DNA from: an uncultured bacterium
Lineage (GTDB): Bacteria > GCA-001730085
Direction: 5' to 3'
Length of the DNA: 32,000 nt
NCBI GenBank assembly: GCA_964565945.1
Contig: CAZMGY010000005.1
Location: 1-32,000 of the forward strand
In this document: positions 15,997-25,236 of the stretch, piece after piece
Layout of the letters: the number at the start of each line of letters is the position of its first letter
Numbering within the stretch: the first letter of the stretch is position 1
Translations under genes and position numbers: made by a program
The notes under the pieces: model-generated
Database searches by the model: none
Seen by the model: only the letters and a program-made list of their open reading frames with translations
Told to the model about the DNA's origin: nothing

Positions 15997-16491
15997 ATGA
16001 GAGAAGTATTAACATATCCTAACGAAGAGTTGCGTCAGACTTCGAGACCTGTCGAGGATTCTGAGTTTGGTCGGCCGATGGAAGAGTTTATTGAAGAGTT
16101 ATACACCCTTATGGATCAAGAAAATGGTGTTGGTTTGGCTGCTCCTCAAGTAGGTGTTTACAAAAATATTTTGGTTTACAAAACCATGGGTGAAGATGAA
16201 GAAACCAAGGCCTACTTGATTAATCCTAATATTGTGGAAACCGAAGGCAAGACACTGGTCGAAGAAGGTTGTTTGAGTATTCCTGGCGTATTTGCCAAGG
16301 TTCCTCGTGCTGTTAAAATTACCGTGGAAGCGCAAAACATCGAAGGTGAAACCTTTTGCAAGACCACTGATGTGTTTTCGGCGGTTATTATTCAGCACGA
16401 AACCGACCATTTGTTTGGCAAACTTTTCATTGATCGATTGTCTTTAATTAAGCGCAAGCTACTGTTAGCGCAATACAATCAACAGAATTAA
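15997..16491 (+). CDS. def: Peptide deformylase
   Basis: The three signature motifs are present: GVGLAAPQ, EGCLS and HETDH. Confidence 0.95.
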   Translation: MREVLTYPNEELRQTSRPVEDSEFGRPMEEFIEELYTLMDQENGVGLAAPQVGVYKNILVYKTMGEDEETKAYLINPNIVETEGKTLVEEGCLSIPGVFAKVPRAVKITVEAQNIEGETFCKTTDVFSAVIIQHETDHLFGKLFIDRLSLIKRKLLLAQYNQQN

Positions 16492-16496
16492 TCCCT

Positions 16497-17441
16497 ATGT
16501 TGCGCTGTTGCTTTATGGGAACGCCAGAATTTGCGGTGCCAGCGCTGGAAGCGGTGGTGGTTGCCAAACATCAGGTTTCTTTGGTGATGTCTCAGCCTGA
16601 TCGGCCGAAAGGGCGTGGTCGCAAACTGTTACCTCCTCCTGTTAAGGTCAAGGCTTTGGACTTGGGTTTAAGGGTTTGGCAGCCAGAAACATTGAAAAAC
16701 GATGCTTGTGCCGAGCATTTGTGCTCCTTTGATTTTGATATAGGCATTGTGGTTGCCTATGGTCTTCTTTTGCCAAAGCCTCTTTTAACGATTCCACGTT
16801 ATGGCTTTATTAATATTCATCCGTCGTTATTGCCGAAGTATCGCGGTCCGTCGCCATTGCAATACGCTTTGGCCGAGGGCGATGACGTGACTGGAATGAG
16901 CATTATGCAGGTGGAACCTCGCATGGATGTTGGTCGGGTTTATTGTCAAACCAAGGTCCCGATTGATTTCAAGGAAAACATGGGGGATTTACATGACCGC
17001 ATGGCGGTGCTCGGTGCCGAAAATCTTTGTCGAGTTTTGGAGTGTTTTGATCGTGACGGGAAGTGTGATTCTGTTGCACAAAATGATGAGGATGCGACCT
17101 ATTGCTACAAGGTTGATGCCGCCTTTTGTCGGATTGATTGGTCGTGGAATACAGAGAAAATTGTGAATCAGATTCGCAGTTTGTCTCCGTTCCCTGGCGC
17201 TCAGGCGATGTGGAAAGGAGTTCCCCTTAAGATTTTGAAAGCGCATAAGCAGGGGTCTCAGGTGAAGGATGCACAAGCGGGAACGATTGTGGCGCATCAC
17301 AAAAATCAAGCGATTGAAGTGGCAACAGTGGATGGCTCTTTATGGATTAATGAACTCAAAATTCAAGGAAGTCGTGCCATGACGGCTCAGGATTTTGTTA
17401 ATGGTCAAGGTGCGCAATCGGTGGGAACTCAATTGGAATGA
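16497..17441 (+). CDS. fmt: Methionyl-tRNA formyltransferase
   Basis: N-terminal FMGTPEFAVP, SQPDRPKGRG and HPSLLPKYRG motifs. Conserved position directly after def. Confidence 0.95.
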   Translation: MLRCCFMGTPEFAVPALEAVVVAKHQVSLVMSQPDRPKGRGRKLLPPPVKVKALDLGLRVWQPETLKNDACAEHLCSFDFDIGIVVAYGLLLPKPLLTIPRYGFINIHPSLLPKYRGPSPLQYALAEGDDVTGMSIMQVEPRMDVGRVYCQTKVPIDFKENMGDLHDRMAVLGAENLCRVLECFDRDGKCDSVAQNDEDATYCYKVDAAFCRIDWSWNTEKIVNQIRSLSPFPGAQAMWKGVPLKILKAHKQGSQVKDAQAGTIVAHHKNQAIEVATVDGSLWINELKIQGSRAMTAQDFVNGQGAQSVGTQLE

Positions 17442-18679
17442 ATATTCGAAAATTAGCTTGTGATCTCTTGCTTAAGTGGGAGGATTCCTCTTGGTTTGCT
17501 TCGGACCTTTTGGAAGATTGTGGACAGAAGCATCAGCTTGCGGCCCAAGATCGTTCTCTTTTGCACGAAATGGTTTACGGAGTTTTGCGTTGGCGCCCAT
17601 GGCTCGATCAATGTATTGCGCGCTGTTTAACGAACCCTAATCAACGTTTAGATATGTGTGTGCAAATCCTTTTACGTTTAGGTGTGTATCAGATGGATAT
17701 GCTTGATCGTATTCCCGATTACGCGGCGATTGATCAGACGGTTGCCGTTTTGCGAGATCGCACAAAACGTGGGTTTGTGAATGCTGTTTTGCGTCGTTGG
17801 GGGCGCGAAAGCAAGGATAAAAAGAAGCCTTTGCCGCAAGAGGGGTTTTCTTTATGGGTGCAAGAGCATTTTGCTCAGGAATTTCCAGACCAAGATTTAA
17901 CGTCTCTTTGGCAAGCGATGCAAAGTAAGCCTGTTATGTATGCACGATGGAACCCTGGAAAGGGAAGTCAAGACGACTTAGAAAAGTGTTGGCAGGACGA
18001 GTGTGTTGCAGGCACTTTGATGAATCCCGAGTTAGGCCTTTATTCATTGACGTCGATTGAGGGGTTAACTCAATGGCCGAGTTTTCAACAAGGCTTATTT
18101 GTTATTCAAGATGTGCATGCGGCGCGGGTGGTGGCTCATATGGATGTTGAGGCGGATCATCAAGTGTTAGATGCTTGTGCGGCCCCAGGAGGAAAAACTT
18201 TCCAGATTACGTCTTATGTGAGGGATGCCTCTCAAGTGGTGGCGCTTGACCTTAAAAAGAAGCGTTTAGAGCGCTTGTCTGAGGCTGCCAAGCGTTTGGG
18301 TTTTCCTGCGGTGCGTACGGTGTGTGCCGATGCTTCGTCGTGGATGACCGAGGAACGCTTTGATCGTATTTTGCTTGATGCACCTTGTTCAAATTTAGGC
18401 GTGTTGAATCGTCGGCTCGATGTAAGATACCGCTTTTCCAAAAAGCAGCAAGAGGCTTTGATTGCAACCCAGCGTAAGCTCTTGTTGTCTATGATCGATT
18501 TGCTTAAACCTGGTGGACGTTTGGTTTATAGCACCTGCACCCTAGCGCGCCTAGAAAACCAAGATCAAGTGACCTGGTTATTGGAACACTATCCTGGTGC
18601 TACTTGCCTCGAGGCGCATCTTCATTTGCCAGGGGACGGTTTAGGTGATGGTGGCTATGTGGCGGTGGTTCAGGTCTAA
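17438..18679 (+). CDS. rsmB: 16S rRNA (cytosine-C5) methyltransferase RsmB/Sun
   Basis: NusB-like N-terminal domain. SAM motif DACAAPGGKT and catalytic Cys motifs DAPCS and YSTCT. ATGA start/stop overlap with fmt. The def-fmt-rsmB order is classical. Confidence 0.9.
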   Translation: MNIRKLACDLLLKWEDSSWFASDLLEDCGQKHQLAAQDRSLLHEMVYGVLRWRPWLDQCIARCLTNPNQRLDMCVQILLRLGVYQMDMLDRIPDYAAIDQTVAVLRDRTKRGFVNAVLRRWGRESKDKKKPLPQEGFSLWVQEHFAQEFPDQDLTSLWQAMQSKPVMYARWNPGKGSQDDLEKCWQDECVAGTLMNPELGLYSLTSIEGLTQWPSFQQGLFVIQDVHAARVVAHMDVEADHQVLDACAAPGGKTFQITSYVRDASQVVALDLKKKRLERLSEAAKRLGFPAVRTVCADASSWMTEERFDRILLDAPCSNLGVLNRRLDVRYRFSKKQQEALIATQRKLLLSMIDLLKPGGRLVYSTCTLARLENQDQVTWLLEHYPGATCLEAHLHLPGDGLGDGGYVAVVQV

Positions 18680-20874
18680 GCTGATGTTTGTATTTTAGCG
18701 GGCAAAAATTCTTGTTTGCGTAGAAGAATATTGATGGTCCACTTGTCTTGCCTGAAACGATCAAAAGCTAATTGGAATTGTTCATGGTTGACGACAGGGA
18801 CTCCATTGATTTTGAGAATATAATCGTCTGGATCAAGTGAAAGGTGGGTGCTTAAGAATGTTTGGATGTGTGACCACGAGTCTTCTGTGATGGTGTAGCT
18901 TTCGAATATTAAAGGAACATGTTCGACAAGAATGTGCGTGGTGGTTTTTATTTGATGGAGAGATTGCGGGGTTGTCTTGGATGAATTTGGCCACAGAGAT
19001 GGAAACGAATGTTCAAGGGCTTGGGCATACTGAGAAATTTGGTTGACCACATGTTTATAAATCAAGTGGTCGTGTTCGCGCAGATCATCAAGGTTGTTGA
19101 TAGGCTTGATGCTTGGTAGCTTCCACGAAAGAGTAAAGTGATTGTCTTGATTTACTTGTGCGGTAAAGGGACCTTTGGAAGATTTCAGATTAATGGACAG
19201 CGTAGCAATATTTTTAAGTGCATGCTTGTGATATAGTTGGGTTGTTTTATCTTCGGAGGGGGGGGTTCCAAAGATATTCCTGAATAGGTTTCGTTCAGCT
19301 TGACTGGAAAAAAAAATGTGGAGAATACCTTCCTGATCGATTTTCCATCCTGTACGAGATCTTTTCTCAAAAGCTTCGAAATTAATGCTGAAGTTAGGTC
19401 CTTCTTGAATAATGTCTGGAAAGAGCATGTCTTCGATGGATCCACGAAGGTTGTGGAGTTGTTCCAGAAACGTTTTCAAGTATAACAAGGAATTCTCATC
19501 GAAGGTGATCTTAAGTGTTCCTGTGTTTTTATCCAAACTGAGTGTGGCTTTAGAGGCTTCCTGTGGGGTAACGTTGCATAAGTGGGTAAAGTTAGTGGCG
19601 TCAAAGTTTTGAATAGAAGTTTCTTGGATTGAGGGCAAGTATTTCCATGGTTCTTGTTGAGCTTTATGAAAATTTTCAAAAAAACTTTTTGTCCAAAGAG
19701 GAATATTCCTTTTAAAATCATCTGGGAAAAGATATCCGGCTTGTTTTTGAATGTAATCGACCCATTCCACACGAAAACCTTGGAATTCTTTCTCTTTTTT
19801 TTCAGGTTTTTGGGTGAGAAAGGTGCTAATGTTGGCAGAGCTATAGCTTTTGTCTTGCTTAAAGAAATGGCTCATATTGATGCTGTGGCTTAAGGCTTCA
19901 CCTACGTCGACGAGAAATGGTTGATAAATGTCATCTTGATTTTTGTGAAAACGAACGTTCCCCAAAGTAAAAAAATCCCAAGTGCCTAGCAGTGTCGCAG
20001 CCAGGAACATCTTACCGTAAAGCGTACGATTAACTTTCACTTGTGAAGTTGCTGTATCATACTCTTCCTGGATTTGTTCTGTGTCTAGTGATTGTTCGAT
20101 ATAGGGTGATGCCACATAAAGCTTGCCATTGATTCCACGAATGATTTGCGTGTTGATAACGGGAAAGCCCATTTCTCTAAACAGATTCGCCAAGGCTACC
20201 TCACGTATGACGGTGTCATAGAGAAAGATTTGCCTTGAAGGAGAACCAGCTTCTTTGATCATCCATGTGCGTTCTTGGGAATCTTTAAAAATTCCACCCT
20301 TCATTCCTCCGCCAGGCTTTCGTGCTATGAATCGGTATTGTTGAGGTAAGCTTAAATCATGGGAATCTTTGCCCAAAATCCACCCGCCAGCTTGAGTGAG
20401 TTTCTTCAAAGGGATGTCAAGCGAAATGTGGTCGTCTTCGTACTCTTGAACTGTTGTTGAGTTGGCGATACTGGCGCTTTCTGTATGAGTTGATATGCCC
20501 AGTGTTGCTGTGAGAAAGGAAGAGATGTCGGCAGGCCTGTTAAAATGAATTCTTAAGAAATTTTGATCAATTTGTTCGTAATATTGCATATTTTTAAAGT
20601 GATGGTAGTCCTCAATGGTCCTGATAAAGTGATATTCGTCGGAGATATTATAATGTAGCTGTTGCGTAGAAAGGTCAAACCAGATGCGTGCTTGATGTTC
20701 ATTTTCGAGCCTATAAGGATCTGTCGAGCTTTGTTCGATGTGGCGGATGGCTTGGCTTTTGTGCGCCAGTTCCAGTGTCAGTGCTATTTCTTTTATCTGT
20801 GAGCGGGGCGACAAAGCAGTGGCTTTCGACAAAGATAAACTTAGCAATAGGATTAGGCTAAGATGGCGCCACAT
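18676..20874 (-). CDS. Secreted hypothetical protein (732 aa) with a kinase-like motif series and a possible PDZ-like C-terminus
   Basis: Signal peptide MWRHLSLILLLSLSLSKATA. Residues about 185-330 carry, in order, GGGMKGGIF, WMIK, REVALANLF, YVASPYIEQS, WDFFTLGN and VDVGEAL. This is the order expected of a protein or lipid kinase fold (Gly loop, Lys, Glu, hinge, Dx5N, DxG). The C-terminal DDYILKINGVPVVNHEQFQLAF resembles a PDZ strand-helix segment. The domain calls rest on pattern only. Confidence 0.7.
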   Translation of the reverse strand: MWRHLSLILLLSLSLSKATALSPRSQIKEIALTLELAHKSQAIRHIEQSSTDPYRLENEHQARIWFDLSTQQLHYNISDEYHFIRTIEDYHHFKNMQYYEQIDQNFLRIHFNRPADISSFLTATLGISTHTESASIANSTTVQEYEDDHISLDIPLKKLTQAGGWILGKDSHDLSLPQQYRFIARKPGGGMKGGIFKDSQERTWMIKEAGSPSRQIFLYDTVIREVALANLFREMGFPVINTQIIRGINGKLYVASPYIEQSLDTEQIQEEYDTATSQVKVNRTLYGKMFLAATLLGTWDFFTLGNVRFHKNQDDIYQPFLVDVGEALSHSINMSHFFKQDKSYSSANISTFLTQKPEKKEKEFQGFRVEWVDYIQKQAGYLFPDDFKRNIPLWTKSFFENFHKAQQEPWKYLPSIQETSIQNFDATNFTHLCNVTPQEASKATLSLDKNTGTLKITFDENSLLYLKTFLEQLHNLRGSIEDMLFPDIIQEGPNFSINFEAFEKRSRTGWKIDQEGILHIFFSSQAERNLFRNIFGTPPSEDKTTQLYHKHALKNIATLSINLKSSKGPFTAQVNQDNHFTLSWKLPSIKPINNLDDLREHDHLIYKHVVNQISQYAQALEHSFPSLWPNSSKTTPQSLHQIKTTTHILVEHVPLIFESYTITEDSWSHIQTFLSTHLSLDPDDYILKINGVPVVNHEQFQLAFDRFRQDKWTINILLRKQEFLPAKIQTSA

Positions 20875-21054
20875 GTGGAAATATACCTAATTAAATTAAT
20901 ATAAAATATTATTATCATATACATATAACAAATTTATAGAAATCTTGTCAAATTAAGTATCACAATGCCTTTTTGTGGTTCCCTGAAGGCTTGTTAAAAA
21001 GGAAGAGTAGGGGTCCTAGGGTTCTGATAGAAGAGGGTGATTAGGTATGTAAAG

Positions 21055-21075
21055 CGATTATTTGAAAAATAATCG
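21055..21075. promoter_or_regulatory. Perfect 9-bp inverted repeat (candidate operator) over the -35 of the DAHP synthase promoter
   Basis: CGATTATTT-GAA-AAATAATCG at 21055-21075. It overlaps TTGAAA (21062-21067). Confidence 0.35.
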
Positions 21076-21091
21076 GCTAGTTTGTTATACT
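21062..21091 (+). promoter_or_regulatory. Sigma70-type promoter with extended -10 for the DAHP synthase gene
   Basis: TTGAAA (21062-21067), 18 nt spacer containing TG at 21083-21084, then TATACT (21086-21091). It lies 42 nt upstream of the ATG; AAGGA is the ribosome-binding site. Confidence 0.5.
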
Positions 21092-21133
21092 GTTATCGGT
21101 AAAAATGCAATAATAAAAAAGGATATTTAATTC

Positions 21134-22144
21134 ATGATTATTATATTCAAAACAAGTGCCACGGAAGAGCAAATTTCCCATGTGGTCGAAAAAATTGAAG
21201 AGCTTAAGTTGACCCCTATGGTGGCTCGTGGAACCCTCAAAACCGTGATCAATGTTTTGGGTGAGGAAGAAGTGATTCGCGAAGCTCCTTTGCAGACATT
21301 TCCTGGGGTAGAAATTGTAATGCCTGTGATGAAAAAATATAAATTGATTTCACGCGAAGGGCACGAAAATAACACTGTTGTTCAGCTCGGTGAAGGTGTT
21401 CATATTGGTGATGGGAAGTTAGCCGTTATTGCAGGCCCTTGTTCGGTTGAAAGTCGAGAGCAATTGGTTGGTATTGCCGAAAAGGTAATTGCAATGGGTG
21501 CAATTGCGGTGAGAGGCGGAGCCTTTAAACCACGAACTTCACCTTATTCGTTCCAGGGTTTAGGAGAAGAAGGTCTTAAATATTTGCAAGAAGTTCGGGA
21601 ACAGTTCGATGTGCCTGTGGTAACCGAAGTGATGGACACTCGGGATGTTGAGCTTGTTACTAAGTACGCCGATGCGTTACAAGTGGGTGCACGCAATATG
21701 CAAAACTTTAGCCTGCTTAAAGAGCTAGGCATTTGCGGGAAACCGATCGTGCTAAAGCGCGGAATGGCGGCTACCATCGAAGATTTATTGCAGTCGGCCG
21801 AATACATTGCGGCATCGGGCAACTTGAATATTATTTTGTGCGAGCGAGGCATTCGGACTTTCGAAACATCGATCCGCAATTCGCTGGATGTGAGTTCGAT
21901 TCCTGTCCTCAAAACGTTGACACATTTGCCAGTGATTGTAGACCCTAGTCATGTCGCAGGTATTTGGGAGTATGTGTCCCCGTTGGCCTTGGCTGGTGTG
22001 GCTGCTGGTGCGGATGGAGTGATTGTTGAGGTGCATGAAAATCCCGAGGAAGCTCTTTCCGATGGACCTCAAGCCCTTTTGCCTCGAACATTCGAGACTT
22101 TGTTCGCGCGTATGCAAGCCGTGGCTCAAGCCATTCGACTTTAA
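21134..22144 (+). CDS. aroG: 3-deoxy-7-phosphoheptulonate (DAHP) synthase, type I-beta, with N-terminal ferredoxin/ACT-like regulatory domain
   Basis: Motifs AGPCSVES, KPRTSPYSFQGLG, QVGARNMQNF, CERGIRTFE and VDPSH. A ~65-aa N-terminal extension resembles that of the Thermotoga-type enzyme. The symbol is nominal (aroF/aroG/aroA(G) naming varies). Confidence 0.9.
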   Translation: MIIIFKTSATEEQISHVVEKIEELKLTPMVARGTLKTVINVLGEEEVIREAPLQTFPGVEIVMPVMKKYKLISREGHENNTVVQLGEGVHIGDGKLAVIAGPCSVESREQLVGIAEKVIAMGAIAVRGGAFKPRTSPYSFQGLGEEGLKYLQEVREQFDVPVVTEVMDTRDVELVTKYADALQVGARNMQNFSLLKELGICGKPIVLKRGMAATIEDLLQSAEYIAASGNLNIILCERGIRTFETSIRNSLDVSSIPVLKTLTHLPVIVDPSHVAGIWEYVSPLALAGVAAGADGVIVEVHENPEEALSDGPQALLPRTFETLFARMQAVAQAIRL

Positions 22145-22222
22145 GCAACTGATCTGGATTCCCTTAGGCAGGTTTGGTGTCATATTGTTACGGTTCTAGG
22201 TCTTTTTTAAGGTGGAACAGAA

Positions 22223-22975
22223 ATGATTACTTTTAAAAATTTAAATAAAGCTTTCGGATCCAAAGTGGTTTATCGCGATTTGAATATTAGCATTCAGGCG
22301 CAAACATTTCAGGCGATTATTGGACGCAGTGGTTGTGGAAAAAGTGTTTTGCTCAAGCACATATTGGGTATGTTGCAGCCCGATGCTGGTGAAGTTTGGG
22401 TCAATCAACTTTGCGTCAATCAGGCTTCTGAGTTAGAGCTAAATCATATGAGACAAGATTGCTCCATGGTGTTTCAGGGAGGCGCTTTGTTTGATTCGTT
22501 GACGGTCTGGGAAAATGTCAGTTTTGGTTTGCACCAACAAGGTGGCTATACGCGTCAAAAATGTCGTGATGTGGCGCAGGAAAAATTGTCGTGGGTTGGT
22601 CTAGAGTCAACCATGGATCAGTATCCATCTGAGTTAAGTGGTGGGATGTGTAAACGTGTGGCCATTGCACGGGCGATTGCGATTGATCCCCAAATTATTC
22701 TCTACGATGAGCCTACCGCGGGACTTGATCCCATTACGTCGGATGTGATCAATTGCCTTATGCGCGATTTGCATGAACGGATAGGAGCCACGTCAATTGT
22801 AGTTACGCACGATTTAGCAAGTGCTTATCACGTTTGTGATGAAATGGCCATGATGTATAATGGGAGCTTTATTGTACACGATAAAGTAGAGGCGGTTAGG
22901 CATTCCGATAATCCTTATGTGAAACAGTTTTTGGAAGGTTCCTCGACTGGCCCCATAGGAGTCGAGGTAACATGA
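22223..22975 (+). CDS. mlaF: ABC transporter ATP-binding protein, MlaF-like
   Basis: Walker A GRSGCGKS, Q-loop FQGGALF, signature LSGGMCKRVAIARA, Walker B ILYDEPTAGLD, H-loop VVTHD. ATGA overlap with the following MCE-domain gene. Confidence 0.85.
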   Translation: MITFKNLNKAFGSKVVYRDLNISIQAQTFQAIIGRSGCGKSVLLKHILGMLQPDAGEVWVNQLCVNQASELELNHMRQDCSMVFQGGALFDSLTVWENVSFGLHQQGGYTRQKCRDVAQEKLSWVGLESTMDQYPSELSGGMCKRVAIARAIAIDPQIILYDEPTAGLDPITSDVINCLMRDLHERIGATSIVVTHDLASAYHVCDEMAMMYNGSFIVHDKVEAVRHSDNPYVKQFLEGSSTGPIGVEVT

Positions 22976-23871
22976 ATCAATCTCACTTAGAACTTAAAGT
23001 AGGCACTTTTGTAGCGATGGCCTTGGTGATTTTAGTGGCAGGTATTTTGTTTTTTGGCAATCAAAGTTTATTTTCGGAAGGATACAAAGTTAAGGTTCAC
23101 TTTCGTTTTACCAACAGTGTGATGGAAGGGGCACCTGTTCGCTATTCTGGTGTGAATGTGGGTAAGGTTAAAAACATTGAAATTTTGAATGATCAGGGTG
23201 TAATTGAGCTCACGTTGTTGATTGACCAAGGGGTTGTTTTGCGAGAAAACATTGAGGTTTATATTAATACCTTAGGTGTGATGGGAGAAAAGTACATTGA
23301 ATTGATTGGAGGCTCTACTGATTTTGCGATTGTGACAGAAGGTAGTGTGCCTCTCCAAGGTAAAGAGCCAATAGCCATGAACAATATCATCGAAATGGCT
23401 CGAGATATTACCAGTGAGCTCAGTGGCGTGATCAAAAGTTTGAATGCTGTTTTGGGAGAGCCAAAAATGCAAGAAGATTTTAAAACTACCATTGCCCAAG
23501 TCCGTATGGTAACGCAAGATTTAAGTCAGTTAACCAAAACAGTTAATGAGATGATTGGAAAAAATAAACCTAACATTGAGCAAACGATTACGAATGTTTG
23601 CGACGCCTCTCAAGGAATCAATAAAAACATGGCTATTCTGGAAGAGTTGTTTGTCAAAATTAAAAAAGGTGAAGGGGTTATAGGGCAGTTGTTGACCGAT
23701 AAAGATTTGTATAAAGATATGGAAATGTTGATGGCCGATATTCGAGAACATCCATGGAAGCTATTGATTAAGACTCGAGAGAAAAAAGTAAAAAAAACAA
23801 AAGTTTCTAAAAGGGATACGTTATCGAAGACCTCTGTTCAAAAAAGTATTGTCTCAGCCAGGCGTGGGTGA
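22972..23871 (+). CDS. mlaD: MlaD-like MCE-domain protein with extended helical region and Lys-rich tail
   Basis: N-terminal TM anchor GTFVAMALVILVAGILFF. MCE core VRYSGVNVGKVKNIEI ... LGVMGEKYIELIGG. C-terminal tail KTREKKVKKTKVSKR. Confidence 0.85.
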   Translation: MNQSHLELKVGTFVAMALVILVAGILFFGNQSLFSEGYKVKVHFRFTNSVMEGAPVRYSGVNVGKVKNIEILNDQGVIELTLLIDQGVVLRENIEVYINTLGVMGEKYIELIGGSTDFAIVTEGSVPLQGKEPIAMNNIIEMARDITSELSGVIKSLNAVLGEPKMQEDFKTTIAQVRMVTQDLSQLTKTVNEMIGKNKPNIEQTITNVCDASQGINKNMAILEELFVKIKKGEGVIGQLLTDKDLYKDMEMLMADIREHPWKLLIKTREKKVKKTKVSKRDTLSKTSVQKSIVSARRG

Positions 23872-23877
23872 GCTTTC

Positions 23878-25236
23878 ATGAAAACAAAAGTTAAGCAAGT
23901 CTATGTCTGTCAAGAATGTGGGGCTATTTCACCCAAATGGTCTGGCCGTTGCGCGGAATGTTCCGCTTGGAATAGTTTGGTCGAAGAAAAACGACTTCCT
24001 CAGTCCAAAAATAAATCTTACGATGCGGTTGATCCGATTCATTTGACCGAATTGCATTCGGAGCAATATTCTCGCGTGTCGAGTGGATTTTCTGAACTTA
24101 ACCGATTGCTGGGTGGTGGGATTGTGGCAGGATCGTTTGTATTGATAGGAGGAGAACCGGGCATTGGGAAGTCCACATTATTGCTTCAAGTAAGTCATGC
24201 TTTAGCCAGTCAGCAGAGCAAGGTCCTTTATGTGAGCGGTGAAGAGTCGGTGCATCAAATTAAAGATCGCGCAATTCGTTTGGGGGCATCTGTCGATAAT
24301 CTCTACGTTTTGTCGGAAGTTAATCTCGATGTGATTGTGGCCTCGATTAAACAAATGAAACCAGACTTTGTGATTATAGACTCCATTCAAATCATGTATC
24401 GTGATGATGTGGGGTCTTCACCAGGTAGTGTGAGCCAAGTTCGAGAATGCTCCAACACACTCTTGCATGTGGCTAAGAATATGAATATTCCTATTTTTGT
24501 GGTTGGCCATGTGAATAAAGAGGGAAGTTTAGCTGGTCCCAAAGTGTTGGAACATATTGTTGATACTGTTCTTTATTTTGAAGGTGATCGACATCATGCG
24601 TATCGGATTGTGCGTGCAGTGAAAAACCGCTTTGGATCGACCAATGAAATGGCTGTTTTCGAAATGTGCGAAGAAGGTTTGGTTGAAGTATCTAATCCGT
24701 CGGAGCTTTTTTTAAGTGACGAGCAAGAAAAAATTCCCGGATCAGTGGTGGTGCCTTGCATGGAAGGTTCACGGCCTTTGCTGGTTGAGATTCAGGCTTT
24801 GTTGAGTGACTCGCATCAGTTTGGCCATCCGCGCAGAGTGTCGACTTTTATTGATCATAACCGTGTGGCTTTGTTGATTGCCATTTTTGAAAAACGTTTG
24901 GGCGCTTCATTGGTTCAGCAAGATGTCTTCATTAACTTGGTGGGAGGTATTAAAATGAATGAGCCTGCCGCGGATTTGGGTGTGATTGTGGCTATGATGT
25001 CGAGCTTGCGTAACCGTTGTGTTGTTTCGGGCTTAGTTCTTATTGGTGAAGTAGGACTTGGCGGAGAGATTCGTAATGTGGCTCAGTGTGAGCGACGGAT
25101 TGTCGAAGCGGAACGTCTGGGGTTTCGCAAGTGCCTTGTGCCAGCTAAATCGGCCGACATTTATAAAGGAGGCTCGATAGAAATTGTGGGGGTGAAACAT
25201 ATTGAAGAAGCTATTGAGGAGGCTTTGGAGGCATGA
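23878..25236 (+). CDS. radA: DNA repair protein RadA
   Basis: Zinc finger CQECGAISPKWSGRCAECSAWNS. Walker A GGEPGIGKST. KNRFG motif. Lon-protease-like C-terminal domain. Confidence 0.95.
   Translation: MKTKVKQVYVCQECGAISPKWSGRCAECSAWNSLVEEKRLPQSKNKSYDAVDPIHLTELHSEQYSRVSSGFSELNRLLGGGIVAGSFVLIGGEPGIGKSTLLLQVSHALASQQSKVLYVSGEESVHQIKDRAIRLGASVDNLYVLSEVNLDVIVASIKQMKPDFVIIDSIQIMYRDDVGSSPGSVSQVRECSNTLLHVAKNMNIPIFVVGHVNKEGSLAGPKVLEHIVDTVLYFEGDRHHAYRIVRAVKNRFGSTNEMAVFEMCEEGLVEVSNPSELFLSDEQEKIPGSVVVPCMEGSRPLLVEIQALLSDSHQFGHPRRVSTFIDHNRVALLIAIFEKRLGASLVQQDVFINLVGGIKMNEPAADLGVIVAMMSSLRNRCVVSGLVLIGEVGLGGEIRNVAQCERRIVEAERLGFRKCLVPAKSADIYKGGSIEIVGVKHIEEAIEEALEA

Noticed and set aside
21127-22183. Antisense and alternative-frame ORFs over the DAHP synthase gene (21127-21375, 21544-21912, 21733-21948, 21785-22183, 21945-22148).
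   Set aside because: They are embedded in a gene with unmistakable family motifs, and their own translations have no features.
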